Below, piece after piece: positions 20,191-30,678 of a DNA stretch of 64,000 nt. Numbering within the stretch: position 1 is the first letter of the stretch; each line of letters begins with the position of its first letter. Under the pieces are notes generated by a model that saw nothing but the letters and a program-made list of their open reading frames with translations, did no database searches and was not told the DNA's origin. Position numbers and translations under genes: made by a program. The DNA comes from Myxococcota bacterium (lineage in GTDB: Bacteria > Myxococcota_A > Bradymonadia > UBA7976 > UBA1532): NCBI GenBank assembly GCA_036337435.1, contig JAYZEG010000001.1, forward strand, positions 64,001-128,000, given 5' to 3'.

Positions 20191-21507
20191 ATGCTTTTTA
20201 GACCCGCACTTCCTTGCATCGTCCTGGGCATGATGACCTTTACGTCAATGGGTCTGGCTGAAGATGGCGGTTCTACAAACCAGTGGAAGAACACCACCAA
20301 CGCATCTCTCGTCGCACTCCGCGCAGACGAGAAAACCTATTCAATTCTCGCACCGGGACAAGGACTGGAGGGTGTCGGTGCCGATGTGTCCGTTGCAGGT
20401 CGATTTAAAATCGACGAGTGGCTCAACGCGGAACTCAAAACAAATCAATGGTTGCCCTTTCATTTGCGTACCGCGGGTCATTTTCTTGATGCTGTCGATC
20501 CAGGGAAGCCTGGCGATCCGAGTGGGTCAGCCAACCTTTTGGCCCTCAGAGAACTCCCTGTCTCCTATCTGACCCATTGGACGAGCCTAAGTGCAAATTG
20601 GAAATGCATGCTGGCCCGGGCGTCACGGCATGCATCGGACGCCTTCATCGCAAAAATGGTCTCTTTGGTTAATCCACGCACTGACGACCGGACGCAATGC
20701 CAATTGAGAAGCCAAATTGGCGGTCTCGTCGATAACGTAGAAGCGGCCATCGAATCGAATGGCACCAGTATCAATGTCCTGCGAGCTTTGAGTCAGCGAC
20801 CCGATTGGTTGGAGAACCGTGGGCTCTCTAATCGGCTTCTTTTGAGAGCCCTTGGACTCAACGAGATAGCCCCTCCAAAAATACAAGAAACGAAGACGTG
20901 GCTCAAAGAGATGAGCCAAGCACTGGATTTGGGTCGAGAGAACCAGGCGCGGGCCGTCGCAGTACATTTTGCAAGTCAGCCAAGTCATGCCCGTGGCAGC
21001 CAAATACTGAGGCGCATGAGCTGCTCGGTGCTCGACAGCGCAGCAGCCTCGACTCGACGACAGAATCTTTGGTTAGCAACAGAGGCCTATCTCCGGTTGG
21101 CAATTAAGATCTGCGGAGACAAATCAACGATTCGAGAACGAATAGCCCAGTACTACCGTGCGCGAGCCGAAAACCGAACCGCTGCACTGGACCTGATGAG
21201 TGCGGCCGACTGGCTGACTGCTGCATTCTGGATCGCGCGAGATCCAAATGACAAAGCCTTTCTTGCAGATACCTGGGCCGAGCTAGCCATTCTCAGGTTT
21301 AGAGCAGAAGATAACTTCTCAGGGCGGCTGTTCCTCAATTATGCGAGGGACTTAGAGCCGTTGAGACCGAGAGTGCTGACCGCTGCTGAATTTAATCCAG
21401 AGACCGATCCTCGAGCCCGCGTTGGTGTGGCCATCGTCATCTTTTTTTTAGCGGTCTTTTCCTGGAGGCGTTTAAAGCGAGTTCTCTTTGGCGACCTGAG
21501 CCGATGA
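20191..21507 (+). CDS. Exported helical-repeat hypothetical protein with C-terminal membrane anchor
   Basis: Signal peptide, Ala/Leu-rich helical (TPR-like) region, C-terminal TM followed by RRLKR; 3 nt after the mrp stop. Confidence 0.7.
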   Translation: MLFRPALPCIVLGMMTFTSMGLAEDGGSTNQWKNTTNASLVALRADEKTYSILAPGQGLEGVGADVSVAGRFKIDEWLNAELKTNQWLPFHLRTAGHFLDAVDPGKPGDPSGSANLLALRELPVSYLTHWTSLSANWKCMLARASRHASDAFIAKMVSLVNPRTDDRTQCQLRSQIGGLVDNVEAAIESNGTSINVLRALSQRPDWLENRGLSNRLLLRALGLNEIAPPKIQETKTWLKEMSQALDLGRENQARAVAVHFASQPSHARGSQILRRMSCSVLDSAAASTRRQNLWLATEAYLRLAIKICGDKSTIRERIAQYYRARAENRTAALDLMSAADWLTAAFWIARDPNDKAFLADTWAELAILRFRAEDNFSGRLFLNYARDLEPLRPRVLTAAEFNPETDPRARVGVAIVIFFLAVFSWRRLKRVLFGDLSR

Positions 21508-21626
21508 AAGACCCGATTTGTCGAATGTTCAAAAAGATTTAGAATCGAACGGCTGTTGTCAGGTTCATCGGGAATATGATACCGGGTGTACCCTGTAATT
21601 AAGAGTTCTGATCAGGAGGTCACCAA

Positions 21627-22124
21627 ATGACGTTTACGCCCTTCGTATTCATTCTGTTGTTACAACCGACGACGATGCCAACGAGCCAGCCAACAAAAAC
21701 AGTGGCACCCGCCCAAAAGCAAGCCCAGACCAAAGACTGGAGTGAGATCAAACGGGGCGATGCTCTGTCGACCGCGGACACAATCACCATGGATGAACTC
21801 TACAAAAAAGCAGAGACCATCGGTGATAAGACCATCAAGGTATCTGGTGATATTGTTAACGTCTGCCGCAAAAAAGGTTGCTGGATGACGCTTGGCGGCA
21901 AGAATAAGACAGCACGCGCCCGCATTACTTTTAAGAATTATGCATTCTTTGTCCCCCTGGATAGCGCAGGCGCATCGGCAATCGTCGAAGGCAAATTGGA
22001 GCTCAAATCAATGAGCACCGCGGAACGGCAACATCTGGCCGATGATGCAGGCAAAAGCATCGATGACATTCCAAAGCATGAACTTCGAATCATGGCAAGC
22101 GGAGTCAAACTGACGCGAAAATAA
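21627..22124 (+). CDS. DUF4920 family protein
   Basis: GGAGG RBS; VCRKKGCWM and ITFKNYAFFVP motifs. Confidence 0.85.
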   Translation: MTFTPFVFILLLQPTTMPTSQPTKTVAPAQKQAQTKDWSEIKRGDALSTADTITMDELYKKAETIGDKTIKVSGDIVNVCRKKGCWMTLGGKNKTARARITFKNYAFFVPLDSAGASAIVEGKLELKSMSTAERQHLADDAGKSIDDIPKHELRIMASGVKLTRK

Positions 22125-22136
22125 TCGAGAACGGAT

Positions 22137-22820
22137 ATGTTTCCAATCCGAAGTGAGATTCAGTCTGGCAGAGCACTGATCACTTGGGGTCTCTGCTGTT
22201 TTCTGCTCATCTGTTTGCTGATGCAGAGTCTCATGACGGTTTCGCCAGCCGCCCTGTTCAGATCCTTCGGGTTTGTACCAGCGCGGATGACGAGTCCAAT
22301 GTCTTGGTCACTATTAGGTCCCGTCGAACAGCTGTCTAGCACCGTTACCTATATCTTCGTTCACGACGGGATTTGGCATGCTTTGTCTAATATTTGGTTC
22401 CTCGGTCTGTTTGGCGGACCCATTGAGCGTCAGCTCGGTCGACGCAAATATGTACTGTCGCTGCTTATCTTCATCATCTGCTGCGCATTAACGGATCTGG
22501 CCTTGCGACCAAACTCTGTTGTCCCGTTGGTCGGTGCATCGGGTCTAGTCGCTGGCCTGATGGGCTTTTTCCTTGTCGCGTATCCTAGATCTCGACTGCT
22601 TACCGTATTACCCATCGCCGTTCCGTTCCCAGTCAAAGTACCCATCGCCTGGTTTATGGCCATTTGGCTGAGTCTACAAATTGCCGTACTCCTGATGGGC
22701 CCATCGTTCGACGTACAAAGTGCCTGGTGGATTCATCTCGCCGGATTTATCCTCGGTTGTGTTTTTGGCCTCATATCAGCTACACCTGTCGAAATCGAAG
22801 GCGAGAGAACGCAGTCATAA
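22137..22820 (+). CDS. Rhomboid intramembrane serine protease
   Basis: FVHDGIWHALSN, VGASG (catalytic Ser), WWIHLAGF (catalytic His); multiple TM segments. Confidence 0.92.
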   Translation: MFPIRSEIQSGRALITWGLCCFLLICLLMQSLMTVSPAALFRSFGFVPARMTSPMSWSLLGPVEQLSSTVTYIFVHDGIWHALSNIWFLGLFGGPIERQLGRRKYVLSLLIFIICCALTDLALRPNSVVPLVGASGLVAGLMGFFLVAYPRSRLLTVLPIAVPFPVKVPIAWFMAIWLSLQIAVLLMGPSFDVQSAWWIHLAGFILGCVFGLISATPVEIEGERTQS

Positions 22821-22846
22821 GACCAAATCTTTGCTAGGGAAAGCCA

Positions 22847-23656
22847 ATGTCTAATCAAGAGTTTGATCTCAATGCAGGCAACTCCGAATTCTACGTCGAC
22901 CCAATTTATTACGACTATGAGTTCAAGAATCGAACGGATGATGTCGCCTTCTATACAGCCAAGTATCTCGAAGCTGAGGGTCCGGTTTTAGAGCTCGCCA
23001 TTGGAAGTGGTCGAACAGCCCTGAAGGCTGTGTCGAAGGGCGCAAACGTGATCGGTGTAGACCTTGCACCCGCCATGCTGGCCAGAGCACAGGAGCAGTA
23101 TGACAAGCTGAAGACGAAGAATCGTGGTCGACTCGAACTCCATCACGGCGACATGCGTACCGTGCGCCTCGAATCTCAATTCAAATTGGTGACATGCCCA
23201 TTCAATGCGTTTCAACATATGTACACTCTTGACGATGCCGAGCAATGCCTGGAGACCGTCAAGGCTCACTTGGCACCTGATGGGGTCTTCATCATGGATG
23301 TGCTGACTCCTGACTTTGAGTATTTAATGCGGTCGCCCTACAAAGCCGTGCCGGGCGTAAGCTTTCGGCATCCCACCTATAAGGCGTATTACACATACAG
23401 CGAGCGCTCGGCCTATGATCCCATTACCCAACTGAATCAAATGTGGTTCCACTACGAGAAGTGTAATCAAACCGGTGACGGACCAACAGATGTTACAATC
23501 CAATTGTCCCATCGCTATTTTTACCCTGAAGAACTGCTCATGCTGCTTCGATACAATGGTTTTCGTATCGTGGACCGGTTTGGCGATTTCACTGAGGGCA
23601 CTCTAGACGCTGAGAGTGATTCCATGATTCTCATTTGTAAAAGAGCGTCTGACTGA
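22847..23656 (+). CDS. Class I SAM-dependent methyltransferase
   Basis: VLELAIGSGR motif I, GVDLAPAML, GDMR, LAPDGVFIMD. Confidence 0.92.
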   Translation: MSNQEFDLNAGNSEFYVDPIYYDYEFKNRTDDVAFYTAKYLEAEGPVLELAIGSGRTALKAVSKGANVIGVDLAPAMLARAQEQYDKLKTKNRGRLELHHGDMRTVRLESQFKLVTCPFNAFQHMYTLDDAEQCLETVKAHLAPDGVFIMDVLTPDFEYLMRSPYKAVPGVSFRHPTYKAYYTYSERSAYDPITQLNQMWFHYEKCNQTGDGPTDVTIQLSHRYFYPEELLMLLRYNGFRIVDRFGDFTEGTLDAESDSMILICKRASD

Positions 23657-23726
23657 GGCCTGATTACTCCGACCGTCTCGGGTATGACGGGGATCAAACA
23701 GAGATTCATGAGCCGATTAAATTAGG

Positions 23727-24176
23727 ATGTCGCGACCGGTTGAGAAGCGGGGTATGCTGCCAGCCATGTTCTGGCTCCCATCCACATTCAGGCAAAGTTT
23801 ATCGTGCTGCTTATTGCTCATGTCATGTACCGTCAGCGGATGTGCCAGCAATGCGCTCAGTACGGAGGCACCCAATGTCTTGAATGTCACAGCACAACCG
23901 AGTGTTCTGACGACGGGTGAGACCACCAGGCTCGACTTTTACTACTCTGAAACCCTACCGCTCGGAGATGAGCAGCTTGGCCGTCAGCTCGATCCGAGTG
24001 AACTCGAAGCCCTGGGTATTTCAGTTCTTGGCTGGCAATTCGAGTCGGCATTCAATTTCTTTCTGGATATTCAGGTCAGTGAACAAGTCGAGCCAAAGAT
24101 TTACAGTATCGAGTTACCCATCACCAACGAGTTTGAACAGTTTGTGGTTCGATTCAATCTCCAGGTCACTCGATGA
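23727..24176 (+). CDS. Hypothetical lipoprotein (Ig-like beta-rich)
   Basis: LLLMSCTVSG-C lipobox-like signal; overlaps the next gene by ATGA; start uncertain. Confidence 0.65.
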   Translation: MSRPVEKRGMLPAMFWLPSTFRQSLSCCLLLMSCTVSGCASNALSTEAPNVLNVTAQPSVLTTGETTRLDFYYSETLPLGDEQLGRQLDPSELEALGISVLGWQFESAFNFFLDIQVSEQVEPKIYSIELPITNEFEQFVVRFNLQVTR

Positions 24177-25009
24177 TGACGTGCCTCCCACTGGTGATTG
24201 TCTTCCTCAGTACACCACCAAGTCAAAAGGTTCAGGCCGCCGTCGACTGTTTTGAACAGCTCGACTATCGCTGTGCAGAGTTACGTCTTGCAGAGGCACT
24301 GGGTGGCACCCTAAGCGATACCGAGCGAGTCAGAGCGTATTTCTATCAGGCATTGGTCGCAATCGCATGGCGCGAACCGGCTCGTGCGCGTCGAGCCGTC
24401 CAAGCAATTTTCAAGATCGATCCGAACTTTGAGCCCGTTGACGCTCCCAAATCATTGACCAAACTCTTCGATGAAAATCGACCTGCGCAGGCCCAAGGTT
24501 GGATGCCTCAATTTGAATTGAGACTCAGGACCACGAGTCCGACGGACAATCGCGGTGATGCCCTGTGGTGGACCAGCAGTCGAGGTGCGGGCCTTGGAGG
24601 CGGCTTGATGACCGACTCAGGTTATTCTCTCATGCTGGTGGCAAACTACGAATATCATGTCGCCAGAGACCCATCCCTCGGCTTGGATAAATTAACCCGC
24701 TGGTCGTTGGATGTTGAAGGGGGCCGCTGGTTTTTTCAGAATAAGCTGAAAGTGGGCCTTTGGAGCCTCTTGGGCGCAAGCTTCAATCAGATGGATGCTC
24801 AATCTGAATTTGAGACGCTGCGCGCTTTACCTGAACTCGATCCGTTTTTTGGAACCGTTCTGGGCGGGGGCATGATGCTCAAGTATCAACTGAACCAAGG
24901 GCTCCATCTCGTAGGGTCTGGCGGCCTACAGATGATGTTTCGAAGCCATCGACAACAACTGCGTCTTTCGTTTCTGCTACCGGTGCAGGTCGGCATTCGC
25001 TATGAATAG
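24173..25009 (+). CDS. Hypothetical exported protein: TPR-like N-terminus plus predicted outer-membrane beta-strand domain
   Basis: Helical TPR-like segment (AYFYQALVAIA...IFKIDPNF) followed by alternating amphipathic strands ending VGIRYE. Confidence 0.65.
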   Translation: MMTCLPLVIVFLSTPPSQKVQAAVDCFEQLDYRCAELRLAEALGGTLSDTERVRAYFYQALVAIAWREPARARRAVQAIFKIDPNFEPVDAPKSLTKLFDENRPAQAQGWMPQFELRLRTTSPTDNRGDALWWTSSRGAGLGGGLMTDSGYSLMLVANYEYHVARDPSLGLDKLTRWSLDVEGGRWFFQNKLKVGLWSLLGASFNQMDAQSEFETLRALPELDPFFGTVLGGGMMLKYQLNQGLHLVGSGGLQMMFRSHRQQLRLSFLLPVQVGIRYE

Positions 25010-25044
25010 GTGACGCTCAACCAGGACGGAAGGCCAGAAGCCCG

Positions 25045-26931
25045 GTGCTAATCGTACGATATGAAGGACAATCGAGTATTCCAGGGGTACCTATTCGCGG
25101 GGCTGTGACAACCATTGGTCGCGTTGCAGGCAACGATATTGTTGTCAGTGACCCACGGATTTCGTCGAGGCATGGACGCATTCTGCAAACTGGTGACCTC
25201 CATTTTTATGAAGATTTAGGGTCAAGAAACGGGTCGATTGTCGAGTCGGAGGGCGAACGAAAAATTGTTCATGGCGGACAGAAAATTGCCATCCAATCAG
25301 GCGATCGTCTCATGTTAGGCGATCGCGTATCTCCCGTGATCTTGGAGCTCCATTCTGACTCCAAACCCATATTCGACGATGAGGACGGAACAATTCTCGC
25401 GAGCCGTTCAGTGATCGCACCAACCTCGCTGCCCCATGTCATAGACGACTCTCAATCCGTTCGTGAATTGTTCACACTTCTCCATGAGCTGAGCGGTGCT
25501 GTCGAGATAGATGTGGTCTTCGAACGCATCAGCGGCGTACTGGTCAAACGATTTAAACACGCCGAATCAGTCAGTATTATGATGAAGGATGTATCGAACG
25601 AATGGGTCTGCGAATACAGTCACACCATCGACACCGCCACGATGTCATCAATCCCGAGTAAGACTCTGCTTGAACGGGCGTTATCCACTCATGAGATTGT
25701 CTCATACGTCCCTGGACCCGAACTCGATTCGGAAAGTGTTGCGGGTCTCGCTGGGGCTGTTCTGGTCCCGTTGTTGGCGCATAATCAGCCCATTGGTGTA
25801 CTCCATGTCCAAAGTCGCTCGCAGGCATTTCACGCTGATGCCTTGGCTTGGTTTAGCATCGTGGGTACACACATCGCGGCGAGTTTGGCTGCGGCGAGAC
25901 GCTTTCGTGCGCTTGCGCAATCGGAAGCCGAACTGAAAGCAAAGAATAATCTCTTAAAGAGCCAGGTATCGATGCCGAGACCTATCGTGGGCAAGAGCCA
26001 GACCCTGATCACCGCATTAACCCAGCTCGAGCGGGTCGGTCGCACAGACACAAACGTCCTTATTCTCGGGGAGACTGGGACGGGTAAAGAACTCGCTGCA
26101 AGATACGTTCATGCCCACAGTAAACGCGCTCACGGCGCATTCAACCCCATCAATTGCGGTGCGCTCCCAGAAGACCTCTTAAACAGTGAATTGTTCGGTC
26201 ACAAAAAAGGTTCATTTACAGGGGCCGACCGTGACCGGAAGGGCTTGTTCGAGTCAGCTCAAGGCGGCACTGTTTTTCTTGATGAAATCGGCGAGATAAC
26301 GCCGGCTGTTCAAGTTCGATTACTCAGGGTCTTACAGGAACGGGAAGTCCAACCTGTTGGGACCCATACGCCTGTGAAAGTCGATGTGCGAATTGTCGCT
26401 GCCACCAACCGAGACCTCGCCGAAGAGGTCAAAGCGGGCCGATTTAGAGAGGATTTGTACTATCGCCTGGCGGTCTTCTCCGTCAAACTCCCCCCGCTCC
26501 GTGAACGCGCCGGAGACATCGAATTACTCGCTGAGCGCTTCCGGGAAGCGGCATGTGCGCGTCATGACACGTGGGTCGGAGGATTTACAGAAGAGGCCTG
26601 TCGACAACTGGCTAAATACTCATGGCCAGGCAATGTTCGTCAGCTAGAACACGAAATTGAACGTGCTGTCATTATGGCCTCCGACGGCGAATTGATCTGT
26701 TTAGACGACTTAAGCGATGCGGTCGTTGGCGATCGAATCATTCCAGAAACCGGTGAGACACTTCCGAGAGGTGAACTCAAAGATGTGATCAATATCTTGG
26801 AGAAGCGTGTCATCGAACGCTGCCTGGAAGAGCACGGTGGTAACCGAACCCGAGCAGCCGAATCACTAGGCATCAGTCGCCAGGCATTGCAGGTCAAATT
26901 AGCGAAGTGGCGAGATGAAGCGGCTCTTTAA
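25045..26931 (+). CDS. FHA-GAF-sigma54-dependent enhancer-binding protein
   Basis: FHA (IGR...ISSRHG...SRNG), GAF, AAA+ (GETGTGKE, GSFTGA, FLDEIG, RFREDLYYRL, WPGNVRQL) and Fis-type HTH. Confidence 0.95.
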   Translation: MLIVRYEGQSSIPGVPIRGAVTTIGRVAGNDIVVSDPRISSRHGRILQTGDLHFYEDLGSRNGSIVESEGERKIVHGGQKIAIQSGDRLMLGDRVSPVILELHSDSKPIFDDEDGTILASRSVIAPTSLPHVIDDSQSVRELFTLLHELSGAVEIDVVFERISGVLVKRFKHAESVSIMMKDVSNEWVCEYSHTIDTATMSSIPSKTLLERALSTHEIVSYVPGPELDSESVAGLAGAVLVPLLAHNQPIGVLHVQSRSQAFHADALAWFSIVGTHIAASLAAARRFRALAQSEAELKAKNNLLKSQVSMPRPIVGKSQTLITALTQLERVGRTDTNVLILGETGTGKELAARYVHAHSKRAHGAFNPINCGALPEDLLNSELFGHKKGSFTGADRDRKGLFESAQGGTVFLDEIGEITPAVQVRLLRVLQEREVQPVGTHTPVKVDVRIVAATNRDLAEEVKAGRFREDLYYRLAVFSVKLPPLRERAGDIELLAERFREAACARHDTWVGGFTEEACRQLAKYSWPGNVRQLEHEIERAVIMASDGELICLDDLSDAVVGDRIIPETGETLPRGELKDVINILEKRVIERCLEEHGGNRTRAAESLGISRQALQVKLAKWRDEAAL

Positions 26932-27004
26932 CTTGATGATTACAGGGACGAACGAAATTAACGAGAAAAGCCGTTATCAAAAGCGGCCTACAAGGAACTA
27001 AATC

Positions 27005-27364
27005 ATGTCAACAAAACCAAGTCGGGACTTACAGTCGTTCCCAAACCCTAAACCTGAGCGCGACTACGAAATCCATTTTGATTGTCCGGAATTCACCTGT
27101 CTGTGTCCAGCGACCGGCCAACCTGATTTCGCTAAGATCCGAATTCGGTACATAGCCGACCAACGATGTGTCGAGCTGAAGTCACTCAAGCTGTATCTTT
27201 GGAGCTATCGAGACGAGGGGGCGTTCCATGAGGCTGTCACCAATCAGATTCTCGACGACTTAGTGGCCGCGATTTCACCACGGTTTATGGAGATTGAGGG
27301 TGATTTCTACGTACGCGGTGGAATTGGAACCATCGTCATCGCCAGACATGGACAACGACCCTGA
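27005..27364 (+). CDS. queF: NADPH-dependent preQ0 reductase (type I)
   Basis: [28 protein letters not shown] and RGGI motifs. Confidence 0.96.
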   Translation: MSTKPSRDLQSFPNPKPERDYEIHFDCPEFTCLCPATGQPDFAKIRIRYIADQRCVELKSLKLYLWSYRDEGAFHEAVTNQILDDLVAAISPRFMEIEGDFYVRGGIGTIVIARHGQRP

Positions 27365-27402
27365 AATGGTGCCGAAAGGCCAAAGCCCGCGGCCATAGTT
27401 TC

Positions 27403-29055
27403 CTATGTCAAACGCAGAAAATCCAACTGATGCATCATCGCTATGACACGACTCGCATAGGTGCTGTCGATACCAGGCAGGGCTGTCAAGCGGTTGAGCT
27501 GTTCGGACACCGTCAAGCCGTCGGAGACTGAATTCCAAACCCGGAGCTGTCGGGTTCCGAGTCGGATATCACTTAACTTAAGAAATCGGTGCTCAAGCGA
27601 ACTGAGCCTATCGTTGGTATGGGTCGAGATGAAATTGTCGATTTGATTTTGAGGAGTGCGTGCCATAATCCCATGATTAAGCAGTGCGAAAATTGACTGG
27701 TTGGGCGAAAATGTAAAGGTTTGCTCAACCATCTCTCCAGAGAAAAAATAAGGGCCTTTTTCCCGACCACAGAGCGCGAGCAACGTGTCTGAACTATAGG
27801 CCTGTAACGCGTCCAATAATGCGTGATATCCAACCCGACCAAGGGCGACTACACCTTTGATCAAGGCACTTTCATCAGTTTCATCAGAAAGTCCAGCAGT
27901 CACTAAGTCATCGCGACTCACCAAGCCTCTATCCGCGATGTAGTCGGCCAAGCGACTTCCCTGGGCATGGGCGCGTGTCCGAACGATCGTGCCGTCGACC
28001 CAGTGGATATCAACGTGCCCCGAGGCACCGTGGAGCTGTAGTTGTCCGGTCACTCGGGTCACGGCATAACGATAAATTAAGCGGGGCAAATCAATGCCAG
28101 ATACATCACCCTGGTAGAGCGCGTGTTCGGGAATTTCAACCCGTTGGACAGCTGCCACCTTAAAAGCTTTCAAACGAGGCGCACCCATGGCCAAAACCTG
28201 CATGCTGGACTGGGAAATGATGCGGCGTGCCCCATCTGGAATGGAAGCCAATTGTTGTTTCTGGCTTCGTTCTTTTGCCTGTTCGACGGCCCTTTCGCGC
28301 TTGAAGACGGACTCCAGCATCGCGAGGTCACCCGAATCGAACGGAGGACTGACTTCGAGCAGACCTTCGACGAGTTGACCCACTGGTGTCTCCTTCAGGT
28401 CTCGACTGAGGGTCTGTCTGAGCCACTCAGATATCTCATCGGGAATGGCATGACCGGCATTAATTTTATTCGCATTAATCAATGCCGTTCCAAACCAATC
28501 AACAACCTCATCTATCGCCTGTTTTCGGTAATGGTCCATTTTGAATTGGTCCGCCGGCAACACGCGAAGACCGTCCCAACCAACGCGGACACACCCCGTG
28601 TAATCAACCCATAGATTCTCTACATCGAAGCTGGCTGCCCAGACGCGTTCCTGACAACTGAAAAGCGTATCGATAGCGGCCAAAGCTTGGGTTGCTAAAT
28701 GGCACATCAAAGAAATACTTGGCGGCACTTGTAGAGCATCGCATCGACTCAAGAGACGTCCAAGTGTATGCCCAGGAGGGATGTGGCCGGCAATGTAATA
28801 GTCCTTGCCAACCATACCGAAGTCGTGAATTGGACAAAGGGTCTCTTTTGAGGTCTCGCTGAAGGATTCAGCGGTTGCGATCAAGTCTTTTACAATGTTC
28901 TCATGGCTAACCCATTTGCTCTTCAGCTGCTGGACTACCAGATTTTGGAAGCTGTCTTTTTGGACGGAGACCGCGCGCCAAAAACAACCTTTCTGACCTC
29001 GATGACGCTGCTCAAACAAGAGAAAAGGTCCGAATTGTATCATGCCTGGATTCAT
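27403..29055 (-). CDS. Pseudokinase + DUF4388-like domain protein
   Basis: Hanks-kinase-like N-lobe (FGPFLL...IHDFGMVGKDYYIA...GHTLGRLL) with degenerate catalytic motifs; C-terminal YQGDV...DLPRLI...TGQLQL...IHWVDG DUF4388-like region. Confidence 0.75.
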   Translation of the reverse strand: MNPGMIQFGPFLLFEQRHRGQKGCFWRAVSVQKDSFQNLVVQQLKSKWVSHENIVKDLIATAESFSETSKETLCPIHDFGMVGKDYYIAGHIPPGHTLGRLLSRCDALQVPPSISLMCHLATQALAAIDTLFSCQERVWAASFDVENLWVDYTGCVRVGWDGLRVLPADQFKMDHYRKQAIDEVVDWFGTALINANKINAGHAIPDEISEWLRQTLSRDLKETPVGQLVEGLLEVSPPFDSGDLAMLESVFKRERAVEQAKERSQKQQLASIPDGARRIISQSSMQVLAMGAPRLKAFKVAAVQRVEIPEHALYQGDVSGIDLPRLIYRYAVTRVTGQLQLHGASGHVDIHWVDGTIVRTRAHAQGSRLADYIADRGLVSRDDLVTAGLSDETDESALIKGVVALGRVGYHALLDALQAYSSDTLLALCGREKGPYFFSGEMVEQTFTFSPNQSIFALLNHGIMARTPQNQIDNFISTHTNDRLSSLEHRFLKLSDIRLGTRQLRVWNSVSDGLTVSEQLNRLTALPGIDSTYASRVIAMMHQLDFLRLT

Positions 29056-29349
29056 TACTCGTAACCCATTTGGACATCGACTCCGCCGTTTACGGCTGCT
29101 GGTGACGCAGAAGGCTTTGAACGTAGCATACGCAAACTAGAGGCTCGCTGAGAAGAGTAAAGACAGGTCGATGGATCGCGGTCCGGGATGACAACCGTGC
29201 CTGAGATCGTCGACAGCATCCCCAGAGATCACTCAGTAAGGTACGTGCTCAAGCTAAAAAAGAAGGCTAAAGCGAGACTAAGGTTGATCCCGCATAGGTC
29301 CGTCGAATAGACTCTGCGCCCGACCCACTGGTCTTGAATTAGGGCAGCT

Positions 29350-30678
29350 ATGACGGCTCAAACAGATACGTTGATAATTGGTGCAGGCCTCGCTGGCCTA
29401 TCGACAGGCTTACATCTGAGCGGCTCGGACTTCCTGATCGTGGACAGTCAGACCTATGTCGGCGGAAAGGCCCGAAGCGAAAAAATCGATGGTTTTACCT
29501 TTGATGTTACCGGACACTGGTTACACTTACGGGATCCCTATATTCGCAAAATGGTTCTCGAATTGATGGGTGATGACCATTTTCTTCGCATCAGGAGAAT
29601 GAGCCGAATTTGGTCCCACGGGGTCTATACGCGCTATCCATTTCAGGCAAATACATACGGCTTGCCAGCAGAGGTCATCCATGAGTGTGTCATGGGCGCG
29701 ATCGAGGCAGACCGAAAACGAAGTGATGCTGGCGAAGAGAGCGAAGAGCCTCAGAATTTCGCGGATTGGATTCGTTATTACTTCGGAGACGGCATCGCAC
29801 GCCACTTCATGATTCCATATAATGCCAAATTATGGGGCGTCTCCGCTGATACGATCACGAGTCGCTGGTGCCAACGATTTGTCCCCAGACCGCAACTCGA
29901 TGACATCGTGGCTGGTGCCGTTGGCGTCAACGATAACGAAATGGGCTATAATGCCGAATTTCTTTATCCAAAAAGTGGTGGCATACAGACGGTTGCAACA
30001 GCCATTGCAGACGCGATTGGTCATGACAAGATTAGGCTTGAGGCACGGGTCGCTCAAATCGATCTCGACGCTAAGCTAGTGACCTTGGGCAATGGCCAAA
30101 AAATCCATTATCGAAGATTGGTCAATACGATGGCCCTACCAAGCTTTCTCGACGCCATCGAACAGGTGCCAGCCGAAGTACAGTCCGCCCGAGGGCAACT
30201 TGTTGCAAACGAAGTGGTCTACTTAAACGTTGGCATCGATGGACCGTTGGGACAGCCAGACCATTGGATCTACGTGCCGGAAGACGCGTGGCCCATGTAC
30301 CGTGTGGGGTCGTTTAGCAACGCAAATCCTGCAATGGCACCGGCGGGTTGTTCATCGCTCTACATCGAACTCTCTGACCGGGATACACCCCTCAACGTGC
30401 TGCGTCCGAAAATTGAAGAAGGTCTGATCGCGATGGGGTTGATCGAGACGGCCGAAAATGTTCGATTTATGGAGGAGCGTCGCATCAAAAACGCGTATGT
30501 GATCTACGATTTTGACTATCACCAGTCACGCGACACCATCCATGAGTGGTTGCAGGCTGTCGGCGTCTTTAGTATTGGACGGTACGGTGACTGGAACTAC
30601 TCAAGTATGGAAGATGCTCTCATAGACGGCCGCCGAACGGCGGCTGAGATATTGGAAAAGACCCATGACCAAGGCTAA
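29350..30678 (+). CDS. FAD-dependent oxidoreductase, UDP-galactopyranose-mutase-like (eukaryote-type motifs)
   Basis: GAGLAG Rossmann fold; GFTFDVTGHWL, PYNAKLWG, FLYPKSGG, YRVGSFSN, GRYGDWNY. Confidence 0.85.
   Translation: MTAQTDTLIIGAGLAGLSTGLHLSGSDFLIVDSQTYVGGKARSEKIDGFTFDVTGHWLHLRDPYIRKMVLELMGDDHFLRIRRMSRIWSHGVYTRYPFQANTYGLPAEVIHECVMGAIEADRKRSDAGEESEEPQNFADWIRYYFGDGIARHFMIPYNAKLWGVSADTITSRWCQRFVPRPQLDDIVAGAVGVNDNEMGYNAEFLYPKSGGIQTVATAIADAIGHDKIRLEARVAQIDLDAKLVTLGNGQKIHYRRLVNTMALPSFLDAIEQVPAEVQSARGQLVANEVVYLNVGIDGPLGQPDHWIYVPEDAWPMYRVGSFSNANPAMAPAGCSSLYIELSDRDTPLNVLRPKIEEGLIAMGLIETAENVRFMEERRIKNAYVIYDFDYHQSRDTIHEWLQAVGVFSIGRYGDWNYSSMEDALIDGRRTAAEILEKTHDQG

Noticed and set aside
26932..27004. 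Possible preQ1-I riboswitch upstream of queF (GCCG-N10-CGGC stem followed by ...AACTAAA)
   Set aside because: The loop lacks the conserved UUC and any complement to the tail, and the tail is not an A-run. An Rfam scan would be decisive.
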